NCBI GenBank assembly: GCA_026770705.1
Contig: JANJGN010000100.1
Span: forward strand, 992,001-1,056,000
Direction: 5' to 3'
From: Isurus oxyrinchus
Taxonomy: Eukaryota
DNA length: 64,000 nucleotides
Shown here: piece after piece, positions 13,490 to 25,879 of the stretch
Layout: each line of letters begins with the position of its first letter
Numbering within the stretch: the first letter of the stretch is position 1
Translations under genes and position numbers: made by a program
Notes under the pieces: generated by a model
Seen by the model: the letters and a program-made list of their open reading frames with translations, nothing else
What the model was told of the DNA's origin: nothing
Databases searched by the model: none

Positions 13490-13610
13490 TGAAGTACATG
13501 AGCTGCAGTGGTTGAATAAGACGATTCACCACCAATTACTCAAGGGCAATTAGGGATGGGAAATGAATGCTTCCAAGCAGAAAGGCCCACAGGACGTGAA
13601 AGGATATGGT
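13490..13610 (+). mobile_element. HER1/HE1-like 3' tail
   Basis: caccaccaattactcaagggcaattagggatgggaaatgaatgc matches the tail at 48700-48770. Confidence 0.65.
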
Positions 13611-15012
13611 AATAAAAATGCGCTTCGAGTTGGAAAAGCTGGCCGTCAACTTGCTCAAAAGCATCCTCAAGCAGAATGATGCCACTAAACAGTTACATAT
13701 CTCCGAATTTGCAGGGCACACTTTGGATTGGAGGTAGTGGTAAACCTGAGATCTTTACCTTATCATAAACTCAGGTCTTCTGCGTCGATCTCAAACAGTG
13801 GAACTGGCAGATGAGGAGTTGACATTTGGCTTTTACTTAGCGCTGCACTGTGGTGTTGGGATAAATTATGACATTTATCGTGTAGTAGATATTTAAAAGA
13901 AGGACGTTATACGGCTCATGTGAGGGATGAGGCCACTTCTGGGGCTTCAATCAATATGGAGAAAATCACGAAGATGTGAACATTCAGAGACAATGTCAGA
14001 AGCTCGGCACAAAATAAAATCCTCTGCTCAGCAATGAGGAATTTAGAACTATCAGCAGCAGCGAATTTCGGAGAGGAGTGCCTGGTTGAAGCAGGGGGTG
14101 TTAGAGGCTAAGAACAGAAGTTCTGAGCTCTCTGACTCACTGGCAAAAGACATCTACAGCATTATTATACGTCTCACCATTTCAGTGACTAATAATGTTC
14201 CTTAATTATATCAATCCATTAAATTCAGTGGAGATCCTTCGATGGTTTCAAGCAATGGATTATGGGTCGGAATTTTTCCGTTGCTGTCAAAATCAACCGG
14301 GCAAAACAAAACTGCTTAGTTTTAACAGTGTGAGAATTCACTCTAAGTGACAGAGCCAATAACAGAATCAAACTTCATCTGCATTGTGTGAGAAATCACC
14401 ATCAGAGAAGGGCTCGATGCCACAATAGAACTAAATTTAGAACACAACAACTTTGTGTTAATTCAGCCAAAATTGTACTGACAATAGCACAATGGAATTC
14501 TCTTTACACCGTGATAGCGTTATTTTTTTTTTAACCACAGTAACAGGGTCAATAACACAATCAAAAAACATTTTCATCATCAGATGTTGGACATAGATGG
14601 AAGAAATAATATAACAGAAGAAATAAAATTGTACCTTTCACAACGAGATAATCAAAGCTAAAGGCGATCAACAATATAGGTAATATGAAGAAACTATGCT
14701 GGTAAATCGCTGGAATGGCAATGCTAAAGAGGGAGAAATTATAACATTAAACCGTGAAATTATATCGTTAATGCACAGTTATCATAATTTTAACGTGGCG
14801 AATCAATACTGTTAAAGTGAATGAATTATGCTGTAAAAGATAATAAATTATACCCTTTAACAAAGCACATTATACCCCTGCAGAGGAACATTATACTCCA
14901 TTAAACGGGAAAAGGCATATTTGTGACATAAAGAACCGCTACGGTTAAATATGAGAATTTCTGCAGCTAAACAATAATTCAATACAACTGCTAAGGAACC
15001 ACAATGTCTTAC

Positions 15013-15082
15013 CTGGAACGCCGATAACTGCAAGGAAGGGTTAGTAAATGACAAACGCCAGACCTTTTGGTGCTGCATGCAT
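15013..15082 (-). pseudogene. GPR139-like GPCR copy B, coding exon 1 with nonsense codon
   Basis: MHAAPKGLAFVIY*PFLAVIGVP; TAA at 15043-15041; GTAAG donor at 15012. Confidence 0.9.
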
Positions 15083-15130
15083 TTCTTTCAGAAGCTAGAG
15101 CGTGCTCTGCAATCCACTTTGTATGGTTCT

Positions 15131-15243
15131 CTTATACCTCATGCCAGGCTCTAGAGTAATAATTAGTTGACTTGGTATCTTGCTTAATTAAGTTAAAATA
15201 AACTTCAATTAAAGTTATTGTAACAAACAGATTAGTGCAGCTG
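15131..15243 (-). promoter_or_regulatory. Proximal promoter of copy B (O/E-like half degraded)
   Basis: TATAAG 15136-15131; TAATTATTACTCTAGAG 15165-15149; TTAATTA ~15184-15190; CAGCTG 15238-15243. Confidence 0.6.
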
Positions 15244-15689
15244 CTGCTAACTATTGTTTTCGTTTCAATGAAATGGAATGTTTTCTTTCATGAGTTCAGG
15301 TGCGACTCTGAAGTAAAATGCCCAGAGACCATAGAAGCAACCGAATTGCAATGTTTGTTTTAAAAAAAAATTAAATTAAAAACGATGAGTGCCTGAACAT
15401 TGTGTTCAGGTTGAAGCAACGTTTTTCACAACTGCCCACCTGAAAAGTGCAGAAAATCGCAGTCAATTTTTCATCAGCCTCCACGATCACCATTCAACTT
15501 CAACCGGGTTGCAAGTCTCTCTGAGACTTGACACACTCTAATACAACTGTCGTTATTCTATTCGATGTAGCAGCTACGGTTAAGTCGTGTTGCCTTCAGG
15601 AAACATAAGGGTACATTTTTCATAATTTGGTTCAGTGCACACTAGACCAATTCATCGTGAGAAGCTCCGATAGAATACAATTACAATCA

Positions 15690-15880
15690 TTTTTTATTCG
15701 TTAATGTCTAAACCAGCATTTATTGCCATCCCTAATTGATTTTGAGAAAGTGTTGATGATCTGCCTTCTTGCATCGATGCAGTCCATGTGGTATCAGTGT
15801 ACCCACAGTGCTGTTGGGAAGCAAGTTCCAAGATTTCGCCCAGCGACAGTGAAGCTTCGGCCACATATTTTCAAGTCAGT
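15690..15880 (-). mobile_element. HER1-like LINE 3' tail
   Basis: cagcatttattgccatccctaattg...gagaaagtgttgatgatctgccttcttg is the reverse complement of the tail. Confidence 0.65.
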
Positions 15881-16530
15881 GCGTGCATATCCAGTTTAGC
15901 AAAGGCACATATGATTTCAATGTCGACTTCACCATCTGTTAGATCAGTACAAAAGTATATATTTCAGAATAGTTACATTCCGTGAGTACAATTTCAGATT
16001 AGCATTGAATATGATCAGATTAATACAAGCGTGCCTCAACACAGCCTGGGCATTCACAGTCAAACTGATTGTGCTCAGGTGCATTTCTCTATTATTTTAT
16101 TCAACACAGCCTGATGCAAGTCAAGTTCGGGAAGTTATATTCAGAATGGCGACATCTAGTTCATCATAGTTAATTTCAGTGTGGACAGAACCAGTTCAAA
16201 AATGTTAAAATCTTTATGGGCTAGAAAGTTCAGGGTTGCTACATCTCGGCAGATAGGGCCAGTTTCGTTAATTTATATTCAGTTATGACAAGTGCCATTT
16301 AGTTCAACATAGTGACAGCCTGTGTGGATTGATTCAGTTCAGTTCAGCATGGATACATGCAGTGTTGACAAGCCCACCAGGAAGCGTTTACACTCATGGT
16401 ACACAGGTCCATTGCTGCACATGTATATTCTGAGTTGACAAGGTGCTATTCAACAAGATTCCTTTCAAAGGGAACACATCCAGCTGAACACCGTTACTGC
16501 TGTAATGGGAAGTCCAAGTCGATTAGTTTT
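15880..16530. repeat. Degenerate 35-bp minisatellite upstream of copy B
   Basis: Units such as ttcagtgtggacagaaccagttca and tgtgtggattgattcagttcagttcagcatgg match the 3270-3620 unit. Confidence 0.7.
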
Positions 16531-17239
16531 TATCTGGCCTGAAATTAATAAAGCAAGGATAAAATGCTGAAATTCTCAACAAATCTGGTAACATGTTTTG
16601 GTACTTTTAGAACAGCTGAGCGATTCCAGTATGTTCTGATTTGAATTACGTTTTTCAACAACCACTGCATTCTGAAAGGAGACGCATGCATTCATGAACA
16701 CCTCAAGTCGTGACCCTTCTCCTGCCACCCCCTTCCCCCTCGCCGCCCCCACCTACCACCCCTTCCAAGCACCGCCCCACCCCCCCCCACCCCACCGCAC
16801 CCCCTACAACCACGCCCGACCACCATCGCCGCATTGATGGTTTCCAGTTTCTTGGCATTAAAATCTCCTTTTCAATGTAGATATACAATCTCTTCCCACC
16901 TGTGTCGCCCACCAGGATGATCATAGAACTCTATTGTTTCTATTTTGCAAGATGCACCGAACTGTTTCCATCCATAAACAAGATTCCCTTTGCACTATTT
17001 CAACTTCCTCTAACACTAGCTGCCTTTTAAAGTTTCAAATTTCCTTGAAACTGGCCAGAATGTAATATCTGCTATTCCACCTCCTCCACGCCAAAGCTGC
17101 TTATTCTCTTTTGAGGTGGAAAGCAGATCCACTCGTGCTTCTTTCAAATTAGGATTCAGTATTCACTGCTGAAGATTGTCTATCCACTGCATCCTATGCT
17201 GGTTTCAGTAACACCAAATGTCAATCCTTAACCAGTTCC

Positions 17240-18920
17240 ATTCAACTTATGTGATATCACAAAACCTCTGAAGACACTGAAGGCAGAAAAGGCTGTGGAC
17301 TCTGACAACATCCGAGAAGAACTCGTCAAGACTTGCAACCCGAATGTGGCACTGGGACCGATGCAGCACCTGCATATAATGGGAAATGTGGAACATTGTC
17401 CAGGCGTGTCCTGTGAATTAAAAGCAGGATAAATTCATTTTGCCAATTACCAATTACATCTACTCTCGACTGTCACGGAAGTTTTGACTGGTTTCATCGG
17501 TAATGCTGTCATGCTGTATTTAAACAGGAATAACGTGTACCTGATGCTCTCTCTGATTTCTTCAAGTATCAATCGGCTCCTCTCGCCATTATGAAGTTGT
17601 CATAATCATTCTCAAACAACCTCAATTCTTCAGGGACGGTAGCACTTGGTATTAAGGCTGCATTAAAACGAGTGTGGCATGGATTTATCCTTAGATAAAT
17701 AAAGCCAATGGAAATTGGAGGGGATGGGGAGCTCTCTAGGGGTTTGACTGACAGGCAGCGTAAAGTAATTATCTGTGGTTGTCGAAGGCTCATCGCCTCA
17801 GCCTCAGCAAAACCCTATGTGTACTGCTGAGGCTTGTGTACGCTGCCCAGCCCCATCCAAAAGCTCTATAATTGACATTACCTCAATTTTATATCAGACG
17901 TCCTGATGTCAGTTGATGTTTGCACATTCTGGACTTCACAGAAAATGAAGCAGTCTTTGCACATATTCAGTAATAACTGAACAAACAACAGACTAGCTTT
18001 GTTAAGTGACAAGTAACAATAACACCACGTATAACTCGGATAATTGGCATCTCCAAGAAAGAAAATATAAACACAGCACAAGGTGGTGTAGATAGTTGCA
18101 TAGTGAGAACGTCGCTGTACTCAGAATCCACAGGCCAAGACTAATGTTCTGTGGGCATGGTTTGGAATCCCACAATGTCCGTTGAGTGCCAGTCTCAGTA
18201 ATGATGCTCATGAAAATATTGCCGACTTTCATTAAAAAAAAACCTGGTTCACTAATACCCTTCAGAGAAGGCATGGTCCAGCTGGCATGTGACCCCAGAT
18301 CGACAGCAATGTGATTGAATCTTAACCACAGCTGGAAATGACATGGTGCAGCAAAGGACTCTGTATGTGCATTTAGGGATGGGCAACAATTGCATGCCTT
18401 GCTGACAATGCTCTCATCCCAGGAATTAATTTAAAACAACAATAAACGGCATTAAACCACATAATCCCCCACCATCAAAATGATGGTGGTTAACTCTGAG
18501 AAGAAAATAAACTGAAAGAATTTAGAAATGTTTTCAGTGAAGTAGCAGATCAGAAATTGTGAAAAGTGCGGGCAGTAATTCCTCTCTTATGTCCCCAAAA
18601 CCTGCCCACAGTCTATAATGCGCATAATAAGACAATGGATGAATATCCTTTCATTTCCAGCTAGAGTGGAATCTCAATTATACTCAAGATTACCGACAAT
18701 ATTCAAGAAAAATTATCCCTCTTCATTGGCATCATACCAATTATTTAAAAAAAAATGGTGCAAACTGGGGCGGGCCTTGGTGGATGAACTGCAGCATCTC
18801 ACGAAGCCAAATTCCACATAACCTTCCAAACCTACGACGTCTGCCAATGGGAAAGACAAAGGCTATAAACGCAATTAGGCACAACCAGCCCCAACTTCTC
18901 TTTCATGTCACATAAACTGT
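17240..18920 (+). mobile_element. Decayed HER1-like LINE, paralogous to 5620-7160
   Basis: aaaggctgtggactctgacaacatc (KAVDSDNI); colinear similarity to 5700-6730, including ttccacataaccttccaaacct. Confidence 0.65.
18079..18440 (+). mobile_element. tRNA-derived SINE (HE1-like) nested in LINE
   Basis: tRNA-like head (ggtggtgtag...ggtttggaatcccac), body ctggttcactaatacccttcagagaagg, tail agggatgggcaac...ccttgctgacaatgctctcatccc. Confidence 0.7.
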
Positions 18921-19394
18921 TGCAAAAGCAGCAAATAATGTAATTTTGTATTTATAGCTCAGGATTATGGGTGAGTGGGAAATCACGGCTCAAATCATGC
19001 TGTTTATCAAATAACAGAAAAGAATTTGTAAATCAGTTTCAGCGACTCTGCCTTTTCAAATCATTCCATGAGTATGGAACAGGCTCCTCGGCTGTCAATG
19101 GTTTTAACTTCGAAAATGAACCTGGATATAATAGGTAGCGTCCCAACCTCTCAGCAGAAGCTGCTGTGAACCAACTCCAAAAGACACCCCCAGCCCCGCC
19201 CTCCCACTGGCTTTGCTGGGTAAAGGAGGGCAGTTCATTATCCAGCCAAACAAATTGACTAGCAACCTGCAAACGCATCCATGCACAACAATGGCAACAG
19301 TAAATTGGGAGATGCCTTCTGGTCAGTTATGTGATGGAAACAACCTTGGAGCCTCTGCCATCACTTTCCACAGTTCCAGACAACAATACAAATG

Positions 19395-19580
19395 TAAAAG
19401 CAAAATACTGCGGATGCTGCAAATCTGAAACAAAATCAAAAATTCCTGGAAAAACTCAGCAGTTCTGACAGCATCTGCGGATCAGATGAAGATTCATACA
19501 GACTCGAAATGACAACTGTATTAATCTCGGCAGAAGCTGTAAGACCCGCTGAGTTTTTCCAGGCATTTTTGTTTTTGTAA
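19395..19580. mobile_element. Penelope-like repeat in inverted (palindromic) arrangement
   Basis: cctggaaaaactcagc...cagcatctgc at the left arm mirrors cagaagctg...gctgagtttttccagg at the right arm. Confidence 0.6.
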
Positions 19581-19821
19581 TACATATGTAAAAATGGATG
19601 TTGTCTTCAGAAATGTGACTTCGTCGTTGCCCGAAAACAAACTAACAGATTGAATTTCAGTAAGGGAACCTTCCAAAGTCATTTTTTTTGAAACGTCAGT
19701 AATCGTGTAATGTTACCTGGGCCTGGTATTAGTAGTCAGTGATATTACATCAATATAGGCCTGCATGAATTATTGTTTGTGGAAAATAACTAATGCTTAA
19801 TATACAATTTATGCTGATAAG

Positions 19822-22800
19822 TGTTAGGAACCATATATAGTTTTAAGTAAGGCATGTTTCTATTTGTTGATGTTAGGAACAAGGCATAGCTTTCAGTTTA
19901 ATTTTTACTTGGGTGTTGAGAAAGGTGAAAGCTGGGTTTGCTTTCATGTTAGAGATTGTTATTGAGATGGAGCCAGGAAGTCTCCAGACCCTGTATGTAC
20001 ACATGCATTTTTTAGTGAGGTTTATGACACTTGAAATGGAGAGCTGCGTTAATAAGCAGTTGGTACTTTAAGGAAGTTGAAACAAACACAAAAAACAGTG
20101 AAATAAATAAAACTGTGCTATTGCCTAGCACCAGGGGATCAGAGTGACGCCCATCGAGAAATGCAGCTATTAGTTCAGCTGGCAGGCATATAACAAAGTG
20201 AAGGCAGGAAATGTCTAAGACTCTCTCTCCAGCAGGGCATGATGCCAGGTTTCTGAGGAAATGATTCGAAGGAGTTGCAACGTATTGCTATAACACTGAA
20301 GTAATTTTCAATTTAAACTGAATTTCGCTGATAATTCAAGGGCGATACCAATCGTGGAAAAAAAAATTGCATGAGCTTTTCGAAGTCTACAAGAAAAGAA
20401 ACCTATTTGCAACTGAACCAGTGTTAGCCTTATTGTGGGAATCATGGTACTGGAATGTTCTGTCCATAAGGTGTATGGCTGGCATAAAAGGGACGGCGTG
20501 ATTTTGGATCTTTTTTCCTTGGGGTTTGTGTTGAAATATTTCCAACATTTTTGTTGTCTAATGTACTTTAGTTAATGTTGCTTGTTTTGAGAATTTTGAA
20601 GCGTTTTGTAAAAACAAATCAACAACAGACTCTTGTGAATCTCTTTTAAAATGTACTTCCCACGATTACAAATATAATTAACATCTATGAGGCCAGATTC
20701 CATTGTTGGATCTGACATGTCGAGTAATAACATCAGTTGGGGTCATAAGATAGCGAGGGCTCTTGCAGAGTTAAAAATTTTTGAATTTATGTGAGATATT
20801 TGAACCCTTAAAGAAACGAGGAAGCTGAGTTACTCTGCATAGAAACAAGATTTGCTGTAAAGTAATGCAAAGTTTGGAGAACAATATTTGCCTTGATTAT
20901 TTCTAATTTCTTATAGGAACAGAAGATGTAACTGTGGATTATTAAACATCCTTTACTAAGATTACACTGAGAGAGTTAGCTCATGAATAGAGTGGAAAAA
21001 GAAAAGCAGCATTTCGTAAAGATGATGTGGTTAAAGACCCTAACCAGCATTTAGAATTAAAATGATTTAGCACAGCACCAGTTAGATAAGATTCATCTAC
21101 AGATGAACAAAAGAGAAAACTTGAATTGGAGGAAAAATAAAAGTGAAAGAGAAATGAGCAGCTTTGAATTAGAAGAAAACGAGAAAGAGAAATGAAAAAC
21201 CTCTAATTAAAGAAATACAGGGAAATTAACAATAAATGAATAAGAAAGAAGGCAAAATGAAAAAAAAAGGAAAGAGCAAGATCAATGGAATTGAAAAAAA
21301 AACTCAAATTAGAAAAGGGAAGAGGAATGGAAATGGAAAACTCTGAATGGAAATAGGAGGGAAAACAGAGATTGAAAAAATGGAAATTCAAAAACTTGAG
21401 CTTGAGTTTCCAAGAGAGGAAGATCTGAGGCAGCATGATTGGATGGTGATAAGGTGTGAATAAAGAAAGAAAGGCTGGATAGCCTTTCATGGGATGATAT
21501 TGATTCCCTTGAGGAATTTGATTTAACTGGAAGTTTTCTGCTCATGCCTAAATTTACAGAGGATTTGGCTAAATGTTATTCCATTCCGTTTGAAAAGGTA
21601 GCAATGAAGTTTAAGTTGCTAGAAGGTATTTGGCGTTTAATGCTATAATATCTCGTGACAGGTACAGCAATGAATGTGTATAATAGTTACTCAAAAGGAC
21701 AATCAGCATACTATGTTGCTGTACATATTGATGAAATGTTTGTGTTAGGCCATACTTTAGAATAACATTTACAAAACTTGAACAAATTGTTTGTTGGATT
21801 ACAAAGAGCCAATTTGGTCATAAGTTTTGCAAAGCGTGAATTTACCAAAACACGAGTGACATATTTGGGCTAAATTGTGCGTCAATGCCAAGTAACACCT
21901 AGACAATCAAAAAATAAGGGCCTTTTTAGATTTTCCAATGTCTAAAGCAATGAGGAGGATTTTGTGTACACAGACAGAATAGATTTATTCGGAATTTCAG
22001 CAGGATTTCAGCACCTTAGGGGATATTCTAACAAGATTGTTGAAGAATTGCAAAATATTTGAATTTCCAGAGGAGTCTCAGAGTGCTTGTGTTAGCTTCA
22101 AAATTGTACTAACTATTGAAATGGTTTTAGCAGCACCAAATTTAACCAAGCCATTTAAACTGGTTCTTCATGCCACCGACATGGATGTTGGTGCAGTTTC
22201 GGCACAGGGGGACGAGATGTGGATCGGTCAGTTACCTCTCTGGAAAGTTAAATTCTGTCATAAGAAATATTCAACTATGGAAAAGGAGAATTTGCGTTTC
22301 ATGTTGGCGCTACAGCACTTTAAAAGCCACAAATTCAGCATATCTGCAGAGGCTTTTACACATATGGACCATAATGCTTTAACCTTTTTACCAAAGTTTC
22401 GTAAGAATCTGACACAATTCTGGCGGGGTTTAGAGCTACAAATATAAAATTTGACAAAACATTCAAGTAGCCGGAAGAGACAATAAAGAACCAGGTGCTT
22501 TAACAACAGCAAATATGGAGGAAGAAGAATATTGTGATCAAATTGTGTTTGCAGTAGTTGATTCTTATGGAAAATATTCATAATTTTTTTGTTAATTCAT
22601 TGCCACAGCTAGAGTAAAATCTGTATAAATAACATGGGATTGGTAATAAGAGCAGGTCATAATGTAAAACGAACATGTTTCTGATTGATACCTTTTCATT
22701 TTTTTGTGGGGAGATGTTAGGAACTAGATATAACTTTTAAGTTTTATATTTGCATAAAACATGTTTAAGAAAGTTGAAACCTCGGCTTCCTTTTACTTTA

Positions 22801-23910
22801 GCGTTTTTGTGTATTAGGAACCAGGAAGTCTCCATGCTCTTTCGTTAAAAAGACATTTTTAATCAGGTGCTATGACCATTGAAGTGAAGAGTTGGGTTGC
22901 CACGGATTTAATAGTCAAGGAAAGTTGAAGCAATCAAGAAAGGTACGAAAACACACTGTGCTGCTGACAAACAACAGAGGTTCGGAAAGAAACACTCAGA
23001 GAATCAGGGGGAGGCAAGAAAGGCAGGATTTAGTTCAGCTGGTGTGTGCATCCCGCAGGAAGCAGGCAGGAAATGTTTAAGACTCTGTCTGTTGCTCGAA
23101 ATGATGACAGACAGCCGAGGAAATGAATTGAAGGTACTCATACGCATTGTTCTATAGCTAAACTAATAGTAAATCTTGGCGAGTTTTCAGGGTATCTCAA
23201 GGGAGAAAGCAATTATGGAAGGCATTCTAGTGAATTTTCAGAAGTCTAAAAGAAGAGAAACCTCTTTACAACTGAATCACCTCTAGACTTGATGTGGATA
23301 TAGGGGTACTTCTTCACTGGAGTTTTTGGTCTGTTTGAAATTCCTGGATAAAAAAGCATAACATGATTATGAATCATTTTTTCCTCAATTCCTATGTTGA
23401 AACATTTCCGAACTTTCCATTCCCTAGTGTAATATAGTCAATGTTCCTGGTTAATGAATGTTTTATAAATTCGTTAAGAAATTCTATCAGAGACTCCTGT
23501 GATTTTCTTCCAGTAAGTAACCTCCACGTGAAAAAAGTGTATATCAAGCCAGCTTCTACCCTTGAATTTGCCTTGCTCAGAAATAACATTAGCTGGGATC
23601 ATAAGGAAGTGAGGGCTGTTGCAGCATTTAAGAATCCTTCAATTTAATTTGGATCTGTGAATCCTTAAAGAAATGTGGGCTTGGAGCTATTGTGCACAGG
23701 AACAGAATTTGCTGTGAAGCAATACACGGCTTGGAATGCAAAAATGGCTCAGAGTGTTGATAATGCTTTTCTGGGAGCAGAAGGTGTCAGGAAGAAAATA
23801 ACTGAGAACCAGGCTGAATGTAGAATATATGAAATTGGAGACTCTTATTTTTATGTGCTGTGGAATCATAGGCAACTTCAGGAAGTGAAGAAAAACGACT
23901 GTGTTTTAGG
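19822..23910 (+). mobile_element. Decayed Ty3/Gypsy LTR retrotransposon (Gmr1-like), LTR-int-LTR-int start
   Basis: LTRs ~19871-20750 and 22715-23606 both start TGTTAGGAAC and end near GG(A)TCATAA; polypurine tract GGGGAGA before 22715; E/K-rich gag then PKF...FEKVA; RT YIDE ~21722; RNase H VLAAPNLTKPFKL...KYSTMEKE...LALQHF...DHNALTFL. Confidence 0.85.
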
Positions 23911-23924
23911 TGTGGAGATGGATA

Positions 23925-24035
23925 ACAAAAACAAAAATAAATATACCTGGAAAAACTCAGCAAGTCTGGCAGCATCTGCGAAGAGGAATACAGTTAAAGT
24001 TTCGAGTCCGAATGACCCTTCAACAGAACTAAGTA
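23925..24035 (-). mobile_element. Penelope-like terminal repeat with hammerhead-like core
   Basis: Reverse strand ctgttgaagggtcattcggactcgaaactttaac...gatgctgccagacttgctgagtttttccagg. Confidence 0.6.
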
Positions 24036-24351
24036 AAAATGGAAAATAGGTGAAATATAAGCAGTGGAGATGGATGTTTGAAGGGATAAGGAAGGATAGG
24101 ATCAGAAGCCATTATGTCAGAGGTCACTGAGGATTCTGGAGGAATTGGAGATAAAAGGCAAGAAGATACTGAACTCACGTGGTTATCGTTGAAATTGTGC
24201 AGTCACATTGGGCAAGAGGACACATGGTGAGCTTAGTTAGTTGGACTGTGCGGAACAAAGAGAATATGAGTGACCAAGATCAGATGGAAGGATACTGCTG
24301 TGAGAGATATAAGGGCAGTGGCAATGGAAGAGAATTGGGTGATTACATGGA

Positions 24352-24645
24352 GAGCAAGAAGAAGAATTAATAATGATGATAATAATAATAAGAAAAAGAA
24401 TAATAATAATAAGAAGAACAAGAAGAAGAAGAGCAAGAAGACGGTAATGATGAGGATGATGATGGTGATGATGATGTTGATGCTCAGGATGATGTTGATG
24501 ATAGTGATGCTGATGATGTTGGCGATGTTGATGTGGGTGAGGATAATAATAATGCTGATGATAATAAAGTGTATGAGGATGCTGAATATGATGGTGCTGA
24601 TGATGATTTGGATGACGATACTAAGATGCTGGTAATGAGGATGGA
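24352..24645. repeat. Compound trinucleotide repeat (AAG/AAT/GAT)n
   Basis: Runs of aag, aat and gat triplets; these generate the spurious M/I-rich ORFs. Confidence 0.95.
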
Positions 24646-25879
24646 CACTTAAGGAACATAAAATTACAGGGCTACGGGGATAGAATGGGGAGATTAAACT
24701 AAAGGGATTACTCTGCATAGGTCCAGCATAGACTCGATGGCCGGATTCGCCCCTGTGCATTTTACTGACTTCAGAGAACCCAGTTGCAGCAACGTATGGC
24801 AATTATATCTCTCCCTAGGTAAGGAGACCAAAGCTGAACGGAGTACCGCAAACACATTGTTAACAACACCATACATAAAAGCAGCTTAACGTCCATACTC
24901 TCATTATCCCAGCCGCCCGCAATAAAGTTGCCAAATCCGTTGTTGTAGTTTTAGTGTTTAACAACCTTCACTGAGTAAAAACCACAGACACATAGTCCTC
25001 TTGCATATTTAACCCTCTGTTTCTTTCTGTTACAATTAACATGAAACACAAGAAATATAAATGCAATTCGACACGCCACAATAAATCCTTGTTCATCAGC
25101 GAGCTGAAGACAGAATCAACAGTAATAGATGTAGTTCTTCATCAATATATTAAAACTGAACAAACCTATTGCGCCATTATAATTTTCTAACAGAAGCGTC
25201 AGAGCACGAATCGAGCTAGAAACAATCCTTTGTTGACTGACTAATAGCAGAGGGAGAGTTTTCATCACTCGGGGACATCAAGGAAAGAGAAGAAAAGCGA
25301 GTGAGAAAAACAGAGTTAATGACCCAGACAGAACGACAGTGATCGGCCGAAATGGAGAGGCGCAGGCAGATAAAACAAACATACACCAACTGAGACACAG
25401 AGAGCCAGAGACCAGAAAGTGCAGCTAGATTTCATAATCCCATCCCTTTGTTTATTTATAGTGACTGGCATAAAGCAAGACTACATTTACATAGCGCCGT
25501 TCACTAACTCAGAAATTCAAATTGCTGAACAGACAAGGAAGTAATTTTGAAGTGTAGTTACTTTTCTAATGTAATGATTGAGTTACAGAAAAAATGCGGA
25601 ATTGAAAGGTGCTTAAAGAAGCCTCAGGAGCTATTTGCTATTATGGAATCTAGCTTTCCGTACCATCTCTTTTCCAGATGCAGATCCAGCAGTTGTTATG
25701 ATTTCTTGAATTTTGACATGCTGCTCAATTGCAATTTTATTCGTTTAGTGTTCCCAAAAAGTGTGGCTCAAAGCGTTGGGCCTCTAGACCGTCTTCAACT
25801 AAAAAAATATTAGAAAGTTGTACATTCTCTTTAGGTTCTACAAACATTTCAAGGAGCTCTTTAAGAAGTCATACAATCG

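Noticed and set aside
16720-16830. C-rich tract with G-quadruplex potential (also 55370-55412)
   Set aside because: Low-complexity, not conserved among paralogous units; no evidence of function.
18079-18180. tRNA gene
   Set aside because: tRNA-like boxes are the head of a SINE and continue into SINE body and LINE-derived tail.
24233-24802. 189-aa and 121-aa ORFs rich in I/L/F or M
   Set aside because: Translations of a compound trinucleotide repeat.
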